64,000 bases of DNA from Alphaproteobacteria bacterium (lineage in GTDB: Bacteria > Pseudomonadota > Alphaproteobacteria > Bin95). How positions within the stretch are numbered: the stretch's first letter is position 1; every line of letters begins with the position of its first letter. Below the pieces are notes generated by a model. The model saw nothing but the letters and a program-made list of their open reading frames with translations. It had not been told where the DNA came from and ran no database searches. A program made the translations under genes and the position numbers. Shown here piece after piece: positions 1 through 10,483 of this stretch. The DNA is taken from positions 18,847 to 82,846 of the forward strand of contig JBDQJI010000002.1 in the NCBI GenBank assembly GCA_040263875.1. Direction: 5' to 3'.

Positions 1-773
1 AACAGGCCAAGACCCTTGGTGCCAGCGGCAGCACCTTCTGGCCGAGCCAGCAGCAACGCCACGTCAGCGTCTGCGTGGGAGCAGAACCATTTTTCGCCGT
101 AAAGCTTCCATGCATCGCCATCGGGTACGGCTGTCAGCGTGGCTTCGCCAACATCTGACCCAGCGGCTTTTTCGGTCATAAACTGCGTGCCGGTCAGCCG
201 GTTATCGAAGTCTAGCGATGTCAGGCCTTTCCAGAACATTTCCTTCAGCTTTGGATCATCCGCCCATTCGAAGTGATATGCCGAGGTCTCGGAGACAGAG
301 AGTGGGCAAAGAATGCCAAACTCGCTCTGCGCGAACATATATTGGAATGCGTATTTGATGGGCGCTGGTGTCACCTCCGGCCAGCCAAGGGCACCGGGCC
401 GATGCGCCATCGCTGCCATCTGAAAATCACCCCAGGCAATCTTCTCCATCTCGCGATATGCCGGGTGATAGTCGATCCAGTCGATATCCCGCCCGAACCG
501 GTCTCGGGGATGCAGCACGGGCTCATTCTTGTCGGCCTGCATTGCTAAATCGTTCAGCCGCCCGCCCGCGACTTCGCCCATTGCATCAAAATGCGGGGAG
601 AAGTGATTGAGCTCATCCTGCGTCAGATATAAGGGCAGCAGGCTTTGGAATTGATGGTCGATCTCGAAGAAGTTCAGGCCTGCGCAATCCGGTGCTATCC
701 GGTCACTGTCATTCATACCGGGGCGGACGCCGGAATAGTATTTCGGCTGCTTCGGCGCATCGAGCGGGCTCAT
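1..773 (-). CDS. Acyl-CoA dehydrogenase, AidB-like (5' part; runs off the window start)
   Basis: Not in the ORF track. Manual translation of the minus strand from ATG at 773 (AGGAAA upstream) gives MSPLDAPKQPKYYSGVRPGMNDSDRIAPDCAGLNFFE...GTQFMTEKAAGSDV...WKLYGEKWFCSHADADVALLLARPEGAAAGTKGLGL, matching AidB-type ACAD motifs. Confidence 0.85.
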   Translation of the reverse strand, partial: MSPLDAPKQPKYYSGVRPGMNDSDRIAPDCAGLNFFEIDHQFQSLLPLYLTQDELNHFSPHFDAMGEVAGGRLNDLAMQADKNEPVLHPRDRFGRDIDWIDYHPAYREMEKIAWGDFQMAAMAHRPGALGWPEVTPAPIKYAFQYMFAQSEFGILCPLSVSETSAYHFEWADDPKLKEMFWKGLTSLDFDNRLTGTQFMTEKAAGSDVGEATLTAVPDGDAWKLYGEKWFCSHADADVALLLARPEGAAAGTKGLGL

Positions 774-833
774 GGGCTTTGGTTTCCTGCTGAATATCAT
801 TTCACCAGAAGATCGCCCATGCGCTGCTGAAAG

Positions 834-2201
834 TCACGGTGTCTCGCGCCGGTCCGCCAAAGCCAGCAAGCGAAAGCGCGCCGCGAGGGAAATAGTCGAG
901 GCCAGCGTCGCCAAACCAATCGCAGACATCAGCCCGACCGGTCCCCACGTCCAAACGAGCGTGAACACATAGGCTGCGGGCAGCATAATGAATACGAAGC
1001 ACGCGATCTGGATCGCCGTTGTTGGCCACACATCCCCCCGCGCCCTAAGCGCGTTCGCCAGCACGGCCTGCGCGCCATCCACCAGGATCACGATCCCGGC
1101 AAGCTGCATCGCGTCCGCCGCCATTTCCTGGGCGACATCTTCCAAGCCATAAAGGCTGGCGATCCAGCGGGCTGTCGGTGCGAGCGCAATGGCGATGATG
1201 GCCATGGCGACAGTGTTGACGCCAAGCCCAATCCACCCGGCACGCTCTGCGCCTGCTTTGTCACCCGGCCCCCATGCAGCGCCGACCCGGACTGACGTTG
1301 CAACGCCGATACCAAGGGCCGCCATAAATACAACCGCCAACAAGTTCATCGTGGCTGAAAATGCGCCGAGCGCCAGCACGCCCGCCAACCCTGCCATCAT
1401 CGTCAGGCCGCTGAATGCGGAGGATTCAGCGATCAACGCCGCCCCCGTCGCCAGGCCAATTTTCATCTGCTCGCCAAAGCCAGACCATTGCTTGGGGAAG
1501 CCTCGTCCCATGCCGAACGTTCCCCGATCGCGCATCATCAGGATGTAGGCGACGGCAACGACGGCGAGCATGGTGCGGGCACCCGTGGTGGCCCACGCTG
1601 CACCCTCTGCCCCCATGGCCTCTACACCTTCGACCCCATAAATCAGAACAAAATTCAGGCCGACATTTAGGATGTTCGCGACAATCATCGCCAACATTGC
1701 CGGGATTGGTCGCTTAATGCCTTCCAAAAAGAATTGACTGCCTACAGCAATCGCAATCGGTACAAGACCGATGCCATAGGCGACTGTCACCGGTGCGGCT
1801 CCCGCCGCGACTTCTGGTGTCTGGCCAATCGCAAGCAGCAGCCATTCCGCTTCAAGACACAAAAAAGCGCCAACGGAACCGATGATGAGCGCAAGCGGCA
1901 TAGCGCGACGCCATATCCGCCCGCACTCGATATAATCCTTACGGCCAAAAGCCTGGCTGGTCTTCACCAGCGTGCCCATCAGCAGCCCAATATTGGCGAC
2001 AAGCAGAACCGTTGATAATGACCATGCAAGGCCGAGATAAGCCAGTTGCGCCGTATCATATTGGCCGACCATGACCGTATCCGCGATGGACATCATCAAC
2101 ATGCCCGCACGCGCAATGATCGCCGGGCCCGCAAGCTTCAGCGTCTCAACGATTTCAGCGCGAATAGGTGGGCGCGCTAAAGTTTCGGCAGCGGCGGACA
2201 T
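834..2201 (-). CDS. MATE family efflux transporter (NorM-like)
   Basis: 455 aa, about 12 hydrophobic segments; DTVMVG, GAEGAAWAT, VRVGAAWG and ALRARGD MATE motifs. Confidence 0.9.
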   Translation of the reverse strand: MSAAAETLARPPIRAEIVETLKLAGPAIIARAGMLMMSIADTVMVGQYDTAQLAYLGLAWSLSTVLLVANIGLLMGTLVKTSQAFGRKDYIECGRIWRRAMPLALIIGSVGAFLCLEAEWLLLAIGQTPEVAAGAAPVTVAYGIGLVPIAIAVGSQFFLEGIKRPIPAMLAMIVANILNVGLNFVLIYGVEGVEAMGAEGAAWATTGARTMLAVVAVAYILMMRDRGTFGMGRGFPKQWSGFGEQMKIGLATGAALIAESSAFSGLTMMAGLAGVLALGAFSATMNLLAVVFMAALGIGVATSVRVGAAWGPGDKAGAERAGWIGLGVNTVAMAIIAIALAPTARWIASLYGLEDVAQEMAADAMQLAGIVILVDGAQAVLANALRARGDVWPTTAIQIACFVFIMLPAAYVFTLVWTWGPVGLMSAIGLATLASTISLAARFRLLALADRRETP

Positions 2202-2263
2202 GGTGTTGGCCTTTATGGAGCGTATACACTGGCCGCTATCGCACGGCCTGAAGGATAGAGCAA

Positions 2264-3781
2264 ATGCGCGTCGCTATTGGCGGATTCATGCACGAGACAA
2301 ATACGTTCGCGCCCTCCAAGGCGACTTACGAGATGTTTGAGCGTGCCGATAGCTGGCCAGCCCTGGTAGAAGGCGACGGCATGGCGGAAGCGACGGCAGG
2401 CGTGAATATCGCCATCGCCGGGTTCGTTGAGGCTGCGCCTGCTCTCGGTTTCGATCTGGCACCCTTGCTCTGGTGCAATGCCGGCCCTTCCGCCTATGTA
2501 ACCGACGACGCATTCGAGCGCATTTCCATCCGCATAGCGAACTTAGCCCAGCAAGTAGGCCCCATCGACGCCGTATATCTGGACCTACACGGCGCTATGG
2601 TGACGGAAAGCTTTGAGGACGGCGAAGGTGAGTTGCTGGCCCGCGTCCGTGCCGTAATCGGCCCCGACATTCCATTGATCGCCAGCCTGGACCTGCATGC
2701 TAATGTCACAGACGCCATGGTCCGTCACGCAGACGCTTTGGTTGGGTTCCGCACATATCCCCATGTGGACATGGCCGAAACAGGGGCGCGCACCGCACAT
2801 TTGCTGAAGCGCATCCTGGCAGAAGGCAAGCCCGCCAAAGCCATGCGACGCACGCATTTTCTGGTGTCGATCAACTGGCAATGCACGCTCGTTGACCCTG
2901 CCAAAGCGGTTTACGCGGAATTGGCAGCGCTGGAAGCGGCAGACCCTGGCCTTAGCCTCAGCTTCCTGCAAGGGTTTCCGCCCGCTGACATTGCGGAATG
3001 CGGGCCAAGCGTTGTGGCTTATGGCCGGGACCAAGCGACGGCTGACAATGCCGCAGACGCGCTGATGGCCGCCATCACGAGCCGCCAGGATCAATTCGAC
3101 GGCGATTATCTGGACCCCGAGGCCGCAGCCGCTAGCGCCATGCAATTGGCTGCCGCAAACCCTGGCAAACCCATCGTCATTGCTGACACCCAGGATAATC
3201 CAGGCGGCGGCGGGGATGGGGATACGACCGGCATGCTCCGCGCGCTCGTTGCTGCGAAGGCGGATGCCGTACTCGGCCTAATGATTGACGCAGACGCCGC
3301 CGCAGGCGCTCACAAGGTTGGTATTGGCGGCACAATTGAACTTTCCCTAGGTGGACGAAGCTGGCATGAGGATACGACCTTCCCAATCCGCGCCACGGTC
3401 GAGCAACTGGGCGACGGTCAGTTCACCTGCACCGGCGGGTTCTATATGGGCTCCAAAATGCAGCTTGGCGAAATGGCCTTGATCCGCATCGCAGATACGC
3501 CAACCCGCGTCGTCATAGCGTCCAAAAAAGTGCAGGCCGCCGACCAGGAGATGTTCCGCCATCTGGGCGTTGAGCCTGCCGATGAGCGCATCTTGGTCCT
3601 CAAAAGCTCTGTCCATTTCCGCGCTGATTTCGAACCCATCGCAGCAGATGTCCTCGTCGCCCGTGCGCCGGGTCCCGTCATCGCAGACCCGGCGGACTTG
3701 CCGTACACGCGGTTGCGACCGGGCGTGCGTTTAGGGCCGAAAGGGCCGGTTTATGGCGGGGGTGGCCCAAGCAGGCCCTAG
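2264..3781 (+). CDS. M81 family metallopeptidase (MlrC-like)
   Basis: HETNTF, LDLHGAM, LDLHAN, RTYPHVD, DTQDNPGGGG and LKSSVHFRADF motifs. Confidence 0.92.
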   Translation: MRVAIGGFMHETNTFAPSKATYEMFERADSWPALVEGDGMAEATAGVNIAIAGFVEAAPALGFDLAPLLWCNAGPSAYVTDDAFERISIRIANLAQQVGPIDAVYLDLHGAMVTESFEDGEGELLARVRAVIGPDIPLIASLDLHANVTDAMVRHADALVGFRTYPHVDMAETGARTAHLLKRILAEGKPAKAMRRTHFLVSINWQCTLVDPAKAVYAELAALEAADPGLSLSFLQGFPPADIAECGPSVVAYGRDQATADNAADALMAAITSRQDQFDGDYLDPEAAAASAMQLAAANPGKPIVIADTQDNPGGGGDGDTTGMLRALVAAKADAVLGLMIDADAAAGAHKVGIGGTIELSLGGRSWHEDTTFPIRATVEQLGDGQFTCTGGFYMGSKMQLGEMALIRIADTPTRVVIASKKVQAADQEMFRHLGVEPADERILVLKSSVHFRADFEPIAADVLVARAPGPVIADPADLPYTRLRPGVRLGPKGPVYGGGGPSRP

Positions 3782-3835
3782 CCAATCAGAGAGCGGCTAC
3801 TAAGCTACTGCAATGAAAGATCGGAGCCGAAGCTG

Positions 3836-5080
3836 ATGAATCGCGACCAGACTTACTTCTTGCTGCTCAATATCGGGCATTTTCTTGACCACCTGTTCAT
3901 GCTGGTCTTCGCGACGGTTGCCGCATTGGCGCTGGTGCGGGAATGGGGGGTGAGCTACGCGGAGCTTTTGGCCTATGCAACGCCAGGTTTCTTCGCCTTC
4001 GGCCTGTTTTCCCTGCCTGCAGGATGGCTTGCGGACCGGTGGAGCCGGGACGGCATGATGTGCGTGTTCTTCGTTGGCATCGGCGCCACGTCAATTTTGA
4101 CCGGTATGGCGGGCTCGCCGATTGAAGTCGGCATTGGCCTCTTCGTTATCGGCGTGTTCGCGGCGATCTATCACCCGGTTGGCCTCGCCATCGTGACAAT
4201 GAAATGGAAGAATACCGGTATGCGCATCGCCATGAATGGCGTGTGGGGCAATCTGGGCGTCGCGGCGGCGGCGTTGATCACGGGCTATATGATCGACAAT
4301 GGCGGGTGGCGGATGGCGTTCATCCTGCCGGGCATATTCTCCATCCTGACAGGCATCGCCTATTACACCTTGCAGCGAGATCAAATCCGCGCAGACGGCG
4401 CCAAAGACAAAGCGGAGAAGAAGGCGGCTGCGGCGCCCTTACCGGCAGACTATAAAGCGCTGCTGATCCGGGTCTCCGCCATCGTGTTTTTAACGACGGC
4501 GGTCTCCTCCATCATCTTCCAGTCCACCACATTCGCGCTGCCGAAAATGCTGGACGAACGCCTGCAGGGCTTCGCGACACGGCTGGCGGAGATGGTTCAA
4601 CCCGTGGCGGATGGCGCGCAGGCGGATACAGCGACTGTGATCGGCATGCTGGCGTTCATTGTATTCGCAGTAGCGTCCATGGCGCAGTTGGTCGTCGGCA
4701 GTATGTTGGATAAGCACGGACCAAAGAAAGTGTTCATGACCGTCGCCGCCATCCAGATCATCTTCTTCGCCGCAATGCCTGGCTTGCAGGACGGTGTGGC
4801 GCTGGCAGTTGCGCTCGGCTTTATGCTGGGCGCGTTCGGCCAGATTCCCATCAACGATTTCATGATCGGCAAAATGGCCAGCGGCCCCGCCCGCGCGCGC
4901 ATTTACGGCGTGCGCTATGTCGTCAGCTTCACGGTCCTTGCAGCGTCCCTCCCCATGATCGCCTTCGTCCACAGCAATTGGGGCTTCGACGCACTGTTCC
5001 TCATCCTAGCTGCTGCAGCACTGGTGATCCTCGTGGCGGTGTTCACGCTGCCGAAGAAGCTGCCCGTCGCGCCTGGGTGA
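3836..5080 (+). CDS. MFS transporter
   Basis: 414 aa with about 12 TM segments; GWLADRWSR (motif A), AIYHPVG, G-x-WGNLG. Confidence 0.9.
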   Translation: MNRDQTYFLLLNIGHFLDHLFMLVFATVAALALVREWGVSYAELLAYATPGFFAFGLFSLPAGWLADRWSRDGMMCVFFVGIGATSILTGMAGSPIEVGIGLFVIGVFAAIYHPVGLAIVTMKWKNTGMRIAMNGVWGNLGVAAAALITGYMIDNGGWRMAFILPGIFSILTGIAYYTLQRDQIRADGAKDKAEKKAAAAPLPADYKALLIRVSAIVFLTTAVSSIIFQSTTFALPKMLDERLQGFATRLAEMVQPVADGAQADTATVIGMLAFIVFAVASMAQLVVGSMLDKHGPKKVFMTVAAIQIIFFAAMPGLQDGVALAVALGFMLGAFGQIPINDFMIGKMASGPARARIYGVRYVVSFTVLAASLPMIAFVHSNWGFDALFLILAAAALVILVAVFTLPKKLPVAPG

Positions 5081-5106
5081 CCGGAACCATTGCATCTGCT
5101 TCCAAG

Positions 5107-5140
5107 TCTCCTCTCCCTTTGTTTGGGGAGAGGGGATTTT
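5107..5140 (+). terminator. Hairpin/intrinsic terminator after the MFS gene (CCTCTCCC/GGGAGAGG REP-like core)
   Basis: TCTCCTCTCCC-loop-GGGAGAGGGGA followed by TTTT, between convergent genes. Confidence 0.6.
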
Positions 5141-5192
5141 CGGTCAGAACCCCTATCTTGCCGCTAATAATTCGCTCATTCGAAGCGGTGCA

Positions 5193-6083
5193 TTACCCCC
5201 GCTTATCAAGCGTCTCCAAATACACCTTGAGCGATTCCTGTACTGGCCTTGACCGGTCCCAGGTTGCCCGCGTTTCGGAGGCTAGGGGCGTGTCTTTCAG
5301 CACGTCGTAGACCCAGGCAGCGCCCTCGTGGAATTTGGGGGTTACGCCGGCGCTGGCGAGGGTGGCGGCGATTTCGTCCATTTCGGGGCCGAAGCGATGG
5401 GCGTCTGCGGCCAGGAATCCAACCCAGTTTTGCATGCCCGTGAAAGCGTGCTGATTACCGCCTTCAAGCTCATTCATCAGGGCTGGCAGCAGCTTGTAAC
5501 GCTCAGCCGCCATGCCAACGGCGGCCATCATTGCCCAGGACCCTTTGGTGAGGGAGGCGAACAGCATTTTGAGCGTTGAGGCCTGGCCGATATCTGGCCC
5601 AAGTGCGATCACTTTCATATTCGGGCGGCCAAGTAATGGCGCCACTGCCTCAGCATCCGGGCCGGAGAGATATACGCGCGGTGTCGCCAAATCCGGCGAG
5701 CGGCCAATAATGCCGCCATCCAGAACCTTAGCCCCTGCCCCCGTCACGGCCTTTGCGATCGCCGCCATCGTGATCGGCGAGATTGCGTTCAGGTCCATAT
5801 AAAGCGGCTGCCTGCCCGTGCGCGTCATGGCGGCTGCGGCATCAACAGCCGCACTCTCCGCAAACGCGGGCGGCATGATGGACATGAGGGCGCCTGCGAC
5901 AGTGATCACGCCATCCAGCGAGCCTACGTCCTCAATCCCAGCTTTCTCAGCCCGCGCGCGGCTTTCCGCACTGCGGCCGGCAAGGTCTGACACCACGCGG
6001 AACCCGCCCTCGGCCAATGTTTGGCCAACAGCCGCACCCATGTCGCCAACGCCAAGCAAGCCAATTGTTTTAATTGCGGTCAC
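5193..6083 (-). CDS. NAD(P)-dependent oxidoreductase, 3-hydroxyisobutyrate/6-PGDH-like with DUF1932-type C-terminus
   Basis: GLLGVGDMG Rossmann motif, DLNAISP, DGGIIG, ASTLKMLFASLTKG; GTG start overlaps the stop of the upstream cupin (GTGA). Confidence 0.85.
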   Translation of the reverse strand: MTAIKTIGLLGVGDMGAAVGQTLAEGGFRVVSDLAGRSAESRARAEKAGIEDVGSLDGVITVAGALMSIMPPAFAESAAVDAAAAMTRTGRQPLYMDLNAISPITMAAIAKAVTGAGAKVLDGGIIGRSPDLATPRVYLSGPDAEAVAPLLGRPNMKVIALGPDIGQASTLKMLFASLTKGSWAMMAAVGMAAERYKLLPALMNELEGGNQHAFTGMQNWVGFLAADAHRFGPEMDEIAATLASAGVTPKFHEGAAWVYDVLKDTPLASETRATWDRSRPVQESLKVYLETLDKRG

Positions 6084-6505
6084 TTATCAGTCCCTTGCAT
6101 CGGATAGCCTTCGGCATTTGTATCTTGAGCGACATATTCAACAATGCGTTCTTTGGAATGATGAATCCCAAGCAGGCGCATCGTCTTGTCCCCGGCGACG
6201 GCAAATGTGTGCGGCGTGTTTGGTGGCATGGACGCCATGTCTCCCGCTTTCATCCGTCGCTTCGCATCCTCATGGCCTTCCACCCACACATCCGCCTCGC
6301 CTTCCAGGATGAACAGCAGTTCCTCATACGGGTGCTGGTGCATTTCGGCGACGTAACCGGGTTCTGCCGTTTGAATGCCGGTGCGCACCGCCGTCGTGCC
6401 GTCGCTCATCAGCGGGTGATAGTGGGATATCGGGCTGAACTCCACGCGTTCAGATGTCTCAAGCCGCGCCAATTTAGCGCCCCGCTCCAGGTGTTCCACA
6501 GTCAT
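6080..6505 (-). CDS. Cupin domain protein
   Basis: Real start taken as ATG at 6505 (AGGAG upstream); HQHPYEE..ILEG and PPNTPHTF cupin motifs. Confidence 0.85.
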   Translation of the reverse strand: MTVEHLERGAKLARLETSERVEFSPISHYHPLMSDGTTAVRTGIQTAEPGYVAEMHQHPYEELLFILEGEADVWVEGHEDAKRRMKAGDMASMPPNTPHTFAVAGDKTMRLLGIHHSKERIVEYVAQDTNAEGYPMQGTDK

Positions 6506-6554
6506 TGCTCTGCTCCTATGCTTTGATTTCAAACATACAACGGAGCTTGAGCGG

Positions 6555-7490
6555 ATGCGAATAGCAGTGATTGGAGCAGGCGGCGTTGGCGGACCATTCG
6601 GCTCTGCCTTGGCGCGATCAGGCGAGGATGTGTGGTTTTTGGCGCGCGGCGCGCACTTGGAAGCCATGCGGAAAGACGGCTTGACCATCACCGGCGCGCG
6701 CGGCGACTTCCACCTGGACAACGTGCAAGCAACAGATAGCCCGGAGGAGATCGGCAAGGTCGATTTCGTGCTGTTCACGCCAAAGCTCTGGGACGTTGAA
6801 ACGACAGGCCTTGCGATCAAGCCGCTGCTGGATAGCCACACGGGCGTCATCACTTTGCAGAACGGCGTCGACGCGCCAGACCGCTTGGCAAGCGTGATTG
6901 GGCGCGAAGCCGTCATCCCGGGCGTCGCGGTTATCAACGCCGCCATTGAAGCGCCGGGCCGCATCCAGCAAATGGGTGAATATCAGAACCTGACCTTCGG
7001 CGAATTCGACGGGACTGAAAGCGGGCGTGTGCAAGCGCTGCTAGCGTCCTGCGAGGCGGCTGGGATTGAGGCACGAATTTCAGCCAACATCATAAAGGAT
7101 CTATGGGAAAAATTCGTATTCCTGGTCTCGGTTTCGTCCCTGACAGCCGCCAGCCGCCAGCGCATGGGCTATATCCGCACGGATCCGGACGCGCGGGCGA
7201 CACTGATGCGCCTCCTAAGCGAAGTCGCCGCCGTTGGCCGCGCCCATGGTGTACCGCTGGCCGATAATCTGGCCGAAACCCGCCTCGCCATGATTGACGG
7301 CCAAAACGCCGAAAGCATCGCCTCCATGACGATAGACCTGTTGCGAGGCAACCGCCTGGAACTGCCCTGGCTGGCAGGCAAGGCCGTAGCACTCGGCATC
7401 GAACACAATGTCGAAACGCCTGCACTTCAGGCGCTGCTTGGGGCGCTAAAGCCTTACACGATGGGGCCAGCGGAACTGCCGAAGGTATAG
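6555..7490 (+). CDS. panE: 2-dehydropantoate 2-reductase family (ApbA/PanE)
   Basis: GAGGVGG, LQNGV, WEKFVFL, SMTIDL..G.RLE motifs. Confidence 0.85.
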   Translation: MRIAVIGAGGVGGPFGSALARSGEDVWFLARGAHLEAMRKDGLTITGARGDFHLDNVQATDSPEEIGKVDFVLFTPKLWDVETTGLAIKPLLDSHTGVITLQNGVDAPDRLASVIGREAVIPGVAVINAAIEAPGRIQQMGEYQNLTFGEFDGTESGRVQALLASCEAAGIEARISANIIKDLWEKFVFLVSVSSLTAASRQRMGYIRTDPDARATLMRLLSEVAAVGRAHGVPLADNLAETRLAMIDGQNAESIASMTIDLLRGNRLELPWLAGKAVALGIEHNVETPALQALLGALKPYTMGPAELPKV

Positions 7491-7494
7491 CCTT

Positions 7495-7878
7495 CTAATT
7501 TGCTAGATCTCGTGCCCAGGTAGGCCAAAATTTGCGAATTCTATACGCATGGCAAGGATTCTCCGCCATAAATCGGTCTAAGTCACGCAACCGTTCCGGA
7601 TAGGGGGGATGATGGCTGTCAGTTGTGAAGGGAAAATAGTATCCCGCTTCACGAAGACGCTGCACTTTAAGCCACTGCTCTCGATTCGCTCGCTTTGGCG
7701 CTTTAAATGAACGTCCCATTTCCCAAAGCTCAGAGCCGCACTGCGGACATTTGGGCGCTGTACTCCGGAATGAAATTTTGCAGCTTTTGCTGCAGCTGAA
7801 GCAAGCGTGGGGCGATGTATAACCCGCATCGTTGTTAAAGGCATGCTCGCCAAAAACGCGTGCTTCATATCTAGCCAT
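7495..7878 (-). CDS. Hypothetical Zn-ribbon-like protein
   Basis: 127 aa; CFSC...CPQC, MGRSFKAPK...QW; visibly lower GC than its neighbours. Confidence 0.65.
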   Translation of the reverse strand: MARYEARVFGEHAFNNDAGYTSPHACFSCSKSCKISFRSTAPKCPQCGSELWEMGRSFKAPKRANREQWLKVQRLREAGYYFPFTTDSHHPPYPERLRDLDRFMAENPCHAYRIRKFWPTWARDLAN

Positions 7879-7933
7879 TTGCCCAGGCCCCCAGGTAAAT
7901 CCATATTATGCGCACGACGCTAAATACTATTGC

Positions 7934-8683
7934 CTACATCGCCGTCCTGCCGCCATCAATCGGCAGCAGAACCCCCGTCATGAACGTCGCTTCGTCTGAC
8001 GCCAAATAAACGGCGGCGCTGGCGACGTCGTCCGGCACGGCGAGGCGGCCCAGCGGGATGGTGGCGGTGAAGCGTTCGCGTTTGGCGTCTGTGATCTCGC
8101 CGACTACGCCTTCAAACAAAGGCGTTTCTGCAGCAACTGGGCAAAGCGCGTTGACTCGGATGTTTTTGGCCGCGAGCTCTGCCGCCATGGTCAGCGTCAG
8201 GCTGCACGCTGCCGCCTTCGAGGCATTATACCAAGCCGCACCCGCCCGTGGCCGCAATCCGGCGACAGAGGCTGTATTGATGATAGATCCGCCACCGTTG
8301 CCTGCGAGGTGTGGAATGGCGGCGCGGTTGGTGAACAGCCAGCTTTTAACGTTGACGTTGAAAATGAGATCAATCTCATCCTCCGTCACGTCCTCAAAAT
8401 TATTGATGAACTGGGGCGCACCTGCATTGTTCACCAGGATATCCAGCCCGCCGAAGGCATCCACGGTCGCCGCAATCATTGCGTCCGCTTCTGCGGCTTT
8501 GGTCACATCCGCGCCGATGGAGCGGACCGCGTCGCCTATGCTGTCAGCAACTGCCTTGGCCCCCGCCGCATTCATATCGGCCACCATGACTTTGGCACCT
8601 TCGGCCACGAACCGGCGCGCCATCACTTCGCCGAAGCCAGATGCACCGCCCGTAATGACGGCCACTTTGCCTTTGAGACGCAT
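7934..8683 (-). CDS. SDR family oxidoreductase
   Basis: TGGASGFG, NNAG, YNASK catalytic motif. Confidence 0.93.
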   Translation of the reverse strand: MRLKGKVAVITGGASGFGEVMARRFVAEGAKVMVADMNAAGAKAVADSIGDAVRSIGADVTKAAEADAMIAATVDAFGGLDILVNNAGAPQFINNFEDVTEDEIDLIFNVNVKSWLFTNRAAIPHLAGNGGGSIINTASVAGLRPRAGAAWYNASKAAACSLTLTMAAELAAKNIRVNALCPVAAETPLFEGVVGEITDAKRERFTATIPLGRLAVPDDVASAAVYLASDEATFMTGVLLPIDGGRTAM

Positions 8684-8686
8684 TGC

Positions 8687-9637
8687 TCAGGCCTCCCCGT
8701 TCATCCAAGAGACGATCAGGCGATAGGCGATCGAGTCCCGGCGTGGCAGTTTCATGCCAATATCTTCAAGGTTATCGAGCTGGCTGCGATGGACCCAGCG
8801 GGCGTCCTCCATCTCTTCCTCGTCGATCATGATTTCTTCGGTTTCGGCCTCTGCGTGGAAGCCCAACATCAATGAAGCCGGGAACGGCCAGGGCTGGGAC
8901 GCCCAGTAACGCACCTTATCTGGATTAACGACAACGGCCGTTTCCTCCAACACTTCGCGGGATACGGCTTCCTCCAGCGTTTCACCCGTTTCCACAAACC
9001 CTGCCAATGTTGAATACATACGCGGCATGAAATGGGGGGAGCGGCCAAGCAGGCAATTGTCGCCTTTGTAGACCAGCATGATCACTGCAGGGTCGGTGCG
9101 CGGGAAGTTCAGAGAATTGCAATCGGGGTTGACGCAGCGGCGCTGGCTACCGGCTTTCTCCGCCTTCGATTCCGCACCGCAAACGCCGCAGAAACTGTTT
9201 TTGTTGTGCCAAAACATCAGCCCCCGCGCATGGGCCAAGATGGAACCTTCTTCCTGCTCCAACGCTGGGCCAACCTTGCGCAGGTCTTCAAAGGCGCCGT
9301 GGGAATCGATATGTGGGTGGGCTTTGTAGGGGTCCTCGTGGTGGGAGAGGTCCACGCCGAAATAGGCCACGCCCTTCTTCATGCCAAGGAACGAGTGATG
9401 CCGACCCGCATCCAGCAGCTCTTTGGCCTCTCCAACGGTTGGCAGCAGCGCGCCGTCTTCCTCCGTGTGGACCAGGCTTTTGTCTTTCCATACAGCGACG
9501 ATACGGCTTTCGGAATCATAAAGCTTGTTGTTCATCCACCCATCATCAGCACGGCGGTGGGACAGGCGGTCCAGCGGCGCGCCCGTGTACCAAAGCGCCT
9601 TGGAGACGCCAGCTTTCGACTGATCAGGATCGGACAT
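8687..9637 (-). CDS. nudC: NAD(+) diphosphatase (NudC)
   Basis: CGVCG and CxxxxC Zn sites, FPRTDPAVI, Nudix box GFVETGETLEEAVSREVLEET, SQPWPFP signature. ATG 9637 preferred over TTG 9670. Confidence 0.93.
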   Translation of the reverse strand: MSDPDQSKAGVSKALWYTGAPLDRLSHRRADDGWMNNKLYDSESRIVAVWKDKSLVHTEEDGALLPTVGEAKELLDAGRHHSFLGMKKGVAYFGVDLSHHEDPYKAHPHIDSHGAFEDLRKVGPALEQEEGSILAHARGLMFWHNKNSFCGVCGAESKAEKAGSQRRCVNPDCNSLNFPRTDPAVIMLVYKGDNCLLGRSPHFMPRMYSTLAGFVETGETLEEAVSREVLEETAVVVNPDKVRYWASQPWPFPASLMLGFHAEAETEEIMIDEEEMEDARWVHRSQLDNLEDIGMKLPRRDSIAYRLIVSWMNGEA

Positions 9638-9724
9638 ATGAATTCTGCTTTCGGAACGATGGGTCGGCAAAGCTTAAAGCGGGATATGCTTCGTTGGAAG
9701 CGGGGTGCCCGCTGATAAGGAAAC

Positions 9725-10483
9725 CTACCCCCGACCCAGGAATGGCATCTTCGTCGCCATCACCGTGATCGTCTGCACATTCGCATCCAGCGGCAGTCCG
9801 GCCATGTAAACAATCGCGTCGCCAACGGCCTTCACATCCATCACAGGCTCTTCCTGCATAGAGCCATCGGGCTGGATCACGCCTTCTTTCATACGCTGGG
9901 TCATCGGCGTTTCGGCATTGCCGATATCGATCTGCCCAACTGCGATATTATACGCCCGGCCATCCAGTCCCGTCGCCTTGGTCAGCCCCGTGATCGCGTG
10001 TTTGGTGGAGGTATAGGGGGCTGAAAACGGCCTCGGCACATGGGCGGAAATTGAGCCATTGTTGACGATCCGTCCGCCCATCGGCTCCTGCGCCTTCATG
10101 ATGCGGAACACTTCCTGGCTGCACAGGAACGGGCCGGTCAGGTTCACGCTGACGCAACCCTGCCATTGCTCAACGGTCAAGTCCTCAAACGGAATTGGCG
10201 GCGTGCCAGCACCCGCATTGTTGAAGAGGAAATCGACACGACCAAAGGCTTCCTCAGTGCGCTGAAACAATTCAGCCACTTCGGCAGCGACGGTGACATC
10301 TGTTGGCACCCCGATCGCCCGGTCCGCACCAACGCCCGCTTCAGCGATCACATCCTGCAGCGCCGTTGCCCGTCGCCCAGCCAGCGCCACGTTCCACCCT
10401 GCAGCAAGCAGCCCCAACACCGCCGCCCTGCCAATGCCAGAGCCCGCACCCGTAATCACTGCTACTTTCCGATTATCCGCCAT
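9725..10483 (-). CDS. SDR family oxidoreductase
   Basis: [33 protein letters not shown]; start placed at ATG 10483 from SD spacing. Confidence 0.9.
   Translation of the reverse strand: MADNRKVAVITGAGSGIGRAAVLGLLAAGWNVALAGRRATALQDVIAEAGVGADRAIGVPTDVTVAAEVAELFQRTEEAFGRVDFLFNNAGAGTPPIPFEDLTVEQWQGCVSVNLTGPFLCSQEVFRIMKAQEPMGGRIVNNGSISAHVPRPFSAPYTSTKHAITGLTKATGLDGRAYNIAVGQIDIGNAETPMTQRMKEGVIQPDGSMQEEPVMDVKAVGDAIVYMAGLPLDANVQTITVMATKMPFLGRG

Noticed and set aside
6506-6964. N-terminal extension of the cupin ORF to 294 aa
   Set aside because: Overlaps panE on the opposite strand; a good SD and ATG exist at 6505.
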